From the NCBI RefSeq assembly GCF_009914755.1, contig NC_060933.1: DNA of 64,000 nt; one strand, given 5' to 3'. The translations under genes were made by a program, and so were the position numbers. Shown here in pieces: positions 57,401 to 64,000 of this stretch; the first letter of the stretch is position 1; each line of letters opens with the position of its first letter. The DNA is from the human T2T-CHM13v2.0 reference genome, Homo sapiens. Below the pieces are notes generated by a model. The model searched no databases. It saw only the letters and a program-made list of their open reading frames with translations, and was not told the DNA's origin.

Positions 57401-59159
57401 GGAACGGAACGGATTGGAATGGAATGGAATGGAATGGAATCAACCCGACTGCAGGGGAATGGAATGGAATGGAATGCAATGGAATGGATTCAACTTGAAT
57501 GGAATGTAAAGAATGGAATCAACACGAGTGGAATGGCATGGATTGGAATGAAATGGAATGGAATCAACCCGAGTACAGGGGAATGGAATGGAATGGAATG
57601 CAATGGAATGGAATCATCCGTAATGGAATGGAAAGGAATGGAATGGAATGGAATGGAATGGAATGCAATGGAATGGAATGGAATCAACTCGATGGCAATC
57701 GAATGGAATGGAATGGAATTAACCCGAATAGAATGGAATGGAATGGAATGGAACGGAACGGAAAGGAATGGAATGGAATTGAATGGAATGGAATGGAATG
57801 AAATGGAATCAACCCGAGTGCAGGAGAAAGTAATGGAACGGAATGCAATGGAATGGAATCATCCGGAATGGAATTGAATGGAATCAACCCGAGTGCAATG
57901 GAAGGGAGTGGAATGGAATGGAATGGAATGGAACAACCCGAATGGAATGGAATGTAATGGAGAGTAAGGGAGTTGAAAAGAATGAATCCGAATGTAATGG
58001 AATGGAATGGAACGGAATGGAATGGAATGGAATGGAATGGAATGCAATGGAATGGAATCAACCCGAGTACAATGGAATGGAATGGAATGGAATGGAATGG
58101 AATGGAATTTAATGCAATGGAATGGAATCTTCCGGAATGGAATGGAATGGAATGGAATGGAATGGAATGGAATGCAATGGATTCAACCCGATTGCAATGG
58201 AATGGAATAGAATGGAATGGAATGGAATGGAATGGAATTAAACCGAATAGAATGGAATGGAATGGAATGGAACGGAACGGAACGGAACGTAACGGAACGG
58301 AACGGAACGGAGTGGAATGGAATGGAATGGAATTGTATGGAATGGAACGGAAAGGAATGGAATGGAATGGAATGGAATGGAATGGAATGGAATCAACGCT
58401 AGTGCAGGGGAATGGAATGGAATCGAATGGAATGGAAAGGAATGGAATGGAATCAACGCGAGTGCAGGGGAATGGAATGGAATGGAATGCAATGGAATGG
58501 AAACTTCCGGAATGGAATGGAATGGAATGGAATGGAATGAAATGCAATGGATTCAACTCGATTGCAATGGAATGGAATAGAATGGAATGGAATGGAATGG
58601 AATGGAATTAATTCGAATAGAATGTAATGGAATGGAATGGAACGGAATGGAACCGAATGGAATGGAATGGAATGGAATGGTATGGAATGGCATGGAATGG
58701 TACGGAATAGAATGGAATGGAACGAATTGTAATGGAATGGAATGGAATGGAATGGAATGGAATGGAATGGAATCAACGCGAGTGCAGGGGAATGTAATGG
58801 AACGGAATGCAATGGAATGGAATCATCCGGAATGGAATGGAATGGAATGGAATGGAATGGAATCAACCCGAGTGCAATGGAATGGAGTGGAATGGAATGG
58901 AATGGAATGGAACAACCCGAATGGAATGGAATGTAATGGAGAGTAAGGGAGTTGAATAGAATCAATCCGAATGTAATGGAATGGAATGCAACGGAATGGA
59001 ATGGAATGGAATGGAATGGAATGCAATGGAATTGAATCAACCCGAGTACAATGGAATGGATTGGAATGGAATGGAATGGAATGGAATGGAATGGAATGGA
59101 ATGATACGGAATAGAATGGAATGGAACGAAATGGAATGGAATGGAATGGAATGGAATGG

Positions 59160-60040
59160 AATGGAATGGAATCGTTCTGAGTGGAATAGGAGGGAATGTA
59201 TTCGAGTGGAATGGAAAGGAATGGAAAAAACATGAGTGGAATGGAAGGGAATGGAATGGAATGGAAACAAATAGAATGGAATCAACCCGAGAGGAATGGA
59301 ATCGAAAGGACTGGAATGGAATGGAATGGAATGGAATCAACTCGATTGTAATGGAATGGAATGGAATGGAATGGAATGGAATGCAATGGAATTAACCCGA
59401 ATACAATGCAATGGAATGGAATGGAACGGAATGGAGTGGAATCGAATGGAATCAACCCGAGTGCAGGGGAATGGAATGGAATGGAATGCAATGGAATGGA
59501 ATCATCCGGAATGGAATGGAATGGAATGGAATGCAAAGCAATGGAATCAACTCGATTGCAATGGAATGGAATGGAATGGAAAGGAATACATTGGAATCAA
59601 CCCGAGTGGAATGGAATGGAAAGGAATGGAATGGAGTGGAATGGAATGGAATGGAATGGAATGGAATCAACTCGATTGCAATGGAATGGAATGGAATGGA
59701 ATGGAATGGAACGGAATGGAATTCATCCGAATAGAATGGAATGGAATGGAATGGAACGGAACGGAATGGAATGGAATGGAATGGAATGGAATGGAATGGA
59801 ATGGAAACAACCCGACTGCAGGGGAATGGAATGGAATGGAATGCAATGGAATGGATTCAACTTGAATGGAATGGAAAGAATGGAATCAACACGAGTGGAA
59901 TGGCATGGATTGGAATGGAATGGAATGGAATCAACACGAGTACAGGGGAATGGAATGGAATGGAATGCAATGGAATGGAATCATCCGTAATGGAATGGAA
60001 TGGAATGGAATGGAATGGAACGGAATGGAATGGAATCAAC
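59160..60040 (+). repeat. Block duplicated at ~63090-64000 (offset ~3.92 kb)
   Basis: Shared CGTTCTGAGT (59173/63102), GGAAAAAAC(A/C)TGAGT, CCCGAGAGGAAT, TACAATGCAAT, GAGTGGAATCG and GGAAACAACCCGACTGC. Confidence 0.82.
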
Positions 60041-63000
60041 TCGATTGCAATCGAATGGAATGGAATGGAATTAACCCGAATAAAATGGAATGGAATGGAA
60101 TGGAACGGAACGGAACGGAATGGAATGGAATGGAATGGAATGGAATGGAATGGAATGGAACGGAAAGGAATGGAATGGAATGGAATGGAATGGAATGGAA
60201 TGGAATGGAATGGAATCAACGCGAGTGCAGGGGAATGGAATGGAATGGAATGCAATGGAATGGAATGCAATGCCATGGAATCAACCCGAGTGCAATAGAA
60301 TGGAATCGAATAGAATGGAATGCAATGGAATGGATTCAACTTGAATGGAATGGAAAGAATGGAATCAACACGAGTGGAATGGCATGGATTGGAATGGAAT
60401 GGAATGGAATCAACCCGAGTACAGGGAAATGGAATGGAATGGAATGCAATGGAATGGAATCATCCGTAATGGAATGGAAAGGAATGGAATGGAATGGAAT
60501 GGAATGGAATAGAATCAACTCGATTGCAATCGAATGGAATGTAATGGAATTAACCTGAATAGAATGGAATGGAATGGAATGGAACGGAACAGAACGGAAT
60601 GGAATGGATTGGAATGGAATGGAATGGAATGGAATGGAACGGAAAGGAATGGAATGGAATGGAATGGAATGGAATGGAATGGAATCAACTCGATTGCAAT
60701 CGAATGGAATGGAATGGAATTAACCCGAATAGAATGGAATGGAATGGAATGGAATGCAACGGAACGGAATGGAATGGAATGGAATGGAATGGAATGGAAT
60801 GGAATGGAACGGAACGGAACGGAATGGAATGGAATGGAATGGAATGGAATCAACGCGAGTGCAGGGGAATGTAATGTAATGGAATGCAATGGAATGGAAT
60901 CTTCCGGAATGGAATGGAATGGAATGGAATGGAATGAAATGCAATGGATTCAACTCGATTGCAATGGAATGGAATAGAATGGAATGGAATGGAATGGAAT
61001 GGAATTAATCCGAATAGAATGGAATGGAATGGAATGGAACGGAATGGAACGGAATGGAATGGAATGGAATGGAATGGTATGGAATGGAATGGAATGGTAC
61101 GGAATAGAATGGAATGGAACGAATTGTAATGGAATGGAATTGAATGGAATGGAATGGAATGGAATGGAATCAACGCGAGTGCAGGGGAATGTAATGGAAC
61201 GGAATGCAATGGTATGGAATCATCCGGAATGGAATGGAATGGAATGGAATGGAATCAACCCGAGTGCAATGGAATGTAATGGAGAGTAAGGGAGTTGAAT
61301 AGAATCAATCCGAATGTAATGGAATGGAATGTAACGGAATGGAATGGAATGGAATGGAAAGGAATGGAATGGAATGCAATGGAATTGAATCAACCCGAGT
61401 ACAATGGAATGGAATGGAATGGAATGGAATGGAATGGAATGGAATCGAATGGAATGATACGGAATAGAATGGAATGGAACGAAATGGAATGGAATGGAAT
61501 GGAATGGAATGGAATCGTTCTGAGTGGAATAGGAGGGAATGTATTCGAGTGGAATGGAAAGGAATGGTATCAACCAGAGTGGAATGGAAGGGAATGGAAT
61601 GGAATGGAAACTAATAGAATGGAATCAACCCGAGTGGAATGGAATGGAAAGGACTGGAATGGAATGGAATGGAATGGAATCAACTCGATTGTAATGGAAT
61701 GGAATGGAATGGAATGGAATGGAATTAACCCGAATACAATGGAATGGAATGGAATGGGACGGAATGGAGTGGAATGGAATGGAATCAACCCGAGTGCAGG
61801 GGAATGGAATGGAATGGAATGCAATGGAATGGAATCATCCGGAATGGAATGGAATGGAATGGAATGCAAAGCAAAGGAATCAACTCGATTGCAATGGAAT
61901 GGAATGGAATGGAAAGGAATAAATTGGAATCAACCCCAGCGGAATGGAATGGAAAGGACTGGAATGGAGTGGAATGGAATGGAATGGAATGGTATGGAAT
62001 CAACTCGATTGGAATGGAATGGAATGGAATGGAATGGAATGGAATGGAATCAACCCGAGTGCAATGGAATGGAGTGGAATGGAATGGAATGGAATGGAAC
62101 AACCCGAATGGAATGGAATGTAATGGAGAGTAAGGGAGTTGAATAGAATCAATCCGAATGTAATGGAATGGAATGGAACGGAATGGAATTGAATGGAATG
62201 GAATGGAATGCAATGGAATGGAATCAACCCGAGTGCAATGGAATGGAGAGGAATGGAATGGAATGCAACGGAACGGAATGGAATGGAATGGAATGGAATG
62301 GAATGGAACGGAACGGAACGGAATGGATGGAATGGAATGGAATGGAATGGAATGGAATCAACGCGAGTGCAGGGGAATGGAATGGAATGGAATGCAATGG
62401 AATGGAATCTTCCGGAATGGAATGGAATGGAATGGAATGGAATGAAATGCAATGGATTCAACTCGATTGCAATGGAATGGAATAGAATGGAATGGAATGG
62501 AATGGAATGGAATGGAATTAACCCGCATAGAATGGAATGGAATGGAATGGAATGGAATGGAATTAATTCGAATATAATGGAATGGAATGGAATGGAACGG
62601 AATGGAACGGAATGGAATGGTACGGAATAGAATGGAATGGAACGAATTGTAATGGAATGGAATTGAATGGAATGGAATGGAATGGAATGGAATCAACGCG
62701 AGTGCAGGGGAATGTAATGGATCGGAATGCAATGGAATGGAATCATCCGGAATGGAATGGAATGGAATGGAATGGAATGGAATCAACCCGAGTTCAATGG
62801 AATGGAGTGGAATGGAATGGAATGGAATGGAACAACCCGAATGGAATGGAATGTAATGGAGAGTAAGGGAGTTGAATAGAATCAATCCGAATGTAATGGA
62901 ATGGAATGCAACGGAATGGAATGGAATGGAATGGAATGGAATGGAATGGAATGCAATGGAATGGAATCTACCCGAGTACAATGGAATGGAATGGAATGGA

Positions 63001-64000
63001 ATGAATGGAATGGAATGGAATGGAATGATACGGAATAGAATGGAATGGAAGGAAGTGGAATGGAATGGAATGGAATGGAATGGAATGGAATGGAATGGAA
63101 TCGTTCTGAGTGGAATAGGAGGGAATGTATTCGAGTGGAATGGAAAGGAATGGAAAAAACCTGAGTGGAATGGAAGGGAATGGAATGGAATGGAAACTAA
63201 TAGAACGGAATCAACCCGAGAGGAATGGAATGGAAAGGACTGGAATAGAATGGAATGGAATGGAATCAACTCGATTGTAATGGAATGGAATGGAATGGAA
63301 TGGAATGGAATTAACCCGAATACAATGCAATGGAATGGAATGGAACGGAATGGAGTGGAATCGAATGGAATCAACCCGAGTGCAGGGGAATGGAATGGAA
63401 TGGAATGCAATGGAATGGAATCATCCGGAATGGAATGGAATGGAATGGAATGCAAAGCAATGGAATCAACTCGATTGCAATGGAATGGAATGGAATGGAA
63501 AGGAATACATTGGAATCAACCCGAGTGGAATGGAATGGAAAGGACTGGAATGGAGTGGAATGGAATGGAATGGAATGGAATGGAATCAACTCGATTGGAA
63601 TGGAATGGAATGGAATGGAATGGAATGGAATTAATCGGAATAGAATGGAATGGAATGGAATGGAACGGAACGGAACGGAATGGAATGGAATGGAATGGAA
63701 TGGAATGGAATGGAATGGAAACAACCCGACTGCAGGGGAATGGAATGGAATGGAATGCAATGGAATGGATTCAACTTGAATGGAATGGAAAGAATGGAAT
63801 CAACACGAGTGGAATGGCATGGATTGGAATGGAATGGAATGGAATCAACCCGAGTACAGGGGAATGGAATGGAATGGAATGCAATGGAATGGAATCATCC
63901 GTAATGGAATGGAAAGGAATGGAATGGAATGGAATGGAATGGAATGGAATGGAATCAACTCGATTGCAATCGAATGGAATGTAATGGAATTAACCTGAAT

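Larger units (their letters stand above)
1..64000 (+). repeat. Satellite III (HSat3-type) array: (GGAAT)n with interspersed CAACCCGAGT-family modules
   Basis: GGAAT pentamers dominate every line. They are interrupted every ~50-100 bp by CAACCCGAGT and its variants (CAACGCGAGT, CAACACGAGT, CAACTCGATT, TAACCCGAAT), which is the classical satellite III signature. The G-rich strand is + throughout, with no inversion and no non-satellite insert seen. Confidence 0.98.

Noticed and set aside
48-63970. CRISPR-like repeat/spacer appearance of CAACCCGAGT modules separated by variable stretches
   Set aside because: The intervening stretches are GGAAT runs, not unique spacers. There is no constant repeat length, no leader and no cas genes.
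1-64000. Hundreds of ORFs on both strands (MEWNG and IPFHS repeats), for example 13486-14691, 62872-63984 and 62358-63455
   Set aside because: (GGAAT)n contains ATG and has no stop codon in any frame on either strand. The ORFs overlap in all frames, show no domain content and simply mirror the DNA repeat.
1-64000. Satellite II, alpha satellite or telomeric repeat
   Set aside because: There is no 171-bp monomer and no TTAGGG tract. The regular ~23-26-bp GAATCATCGAATG pattern of HSat2 is also absent, while long perfect GGAAT runs with CAACCCGAGT indicate satellite III.
1-64000. Transposon insertions or strand inversions
   Set aside because: I saw no poly(A) tails, Alu- or L1-like sequence, or (CATTC)n tracts on the + strand.
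1-64000. Firm species, chromosome or subfamily assignment (for example human 9q12 HSat3B5)
   Set aside because: This is suggested only by recalled similarity to SatIII primer or probe sequence. Related arrays exist on other chromosomes and in apes, so k-mer classification against T2T assemblies is needed.

Overview
The whole 64 kb is one uninterrupted, single-orientation satellite III (HSat3-type) array. It consists of (GGAAT)n on the + strand, punctuated by CAACCCGAGT-family 10-mers and a small set of other diverged modules. It is most likely human or great-ape pericentromeric heterochromatin. One recurring module resembles, from memory, the chromosome 9q12 pHuR98/SatIII sequence; I could not verify this. 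I found no genes, RNA genes, transposons or CRISPR arrays, and all ORFs are artefacts of the stop-free pentamer (MEWNG / IPFHS). The real structure is hierarchical. The 5-bp unit builds 10-bp modules, which follow a roughly fixed order of about 1.6-1.85 kb. On top of that sit a 733-bp tandem duplication inside a near-identical 4,714-bp tandem duplication, and a ~13.4-kb spacing between cognate blocks (13,381+4,714+733 = 18,828, the observed offset). After ~24 kb the array becomes a more diverged patchwork of dispersed duplications with two atypical islands. The most interesting functional signal is about 40 copies of a perfect three-unit heat-shock element (GGAAT-CTTCC-GGAAT), set in a continuous lattice of TEAD-type CATTCC sites. 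I see no evidence for a new protein-coding system. Coordinates and counts were read by eye, and block boundaries are approximate because they fall inside pentamer runs.
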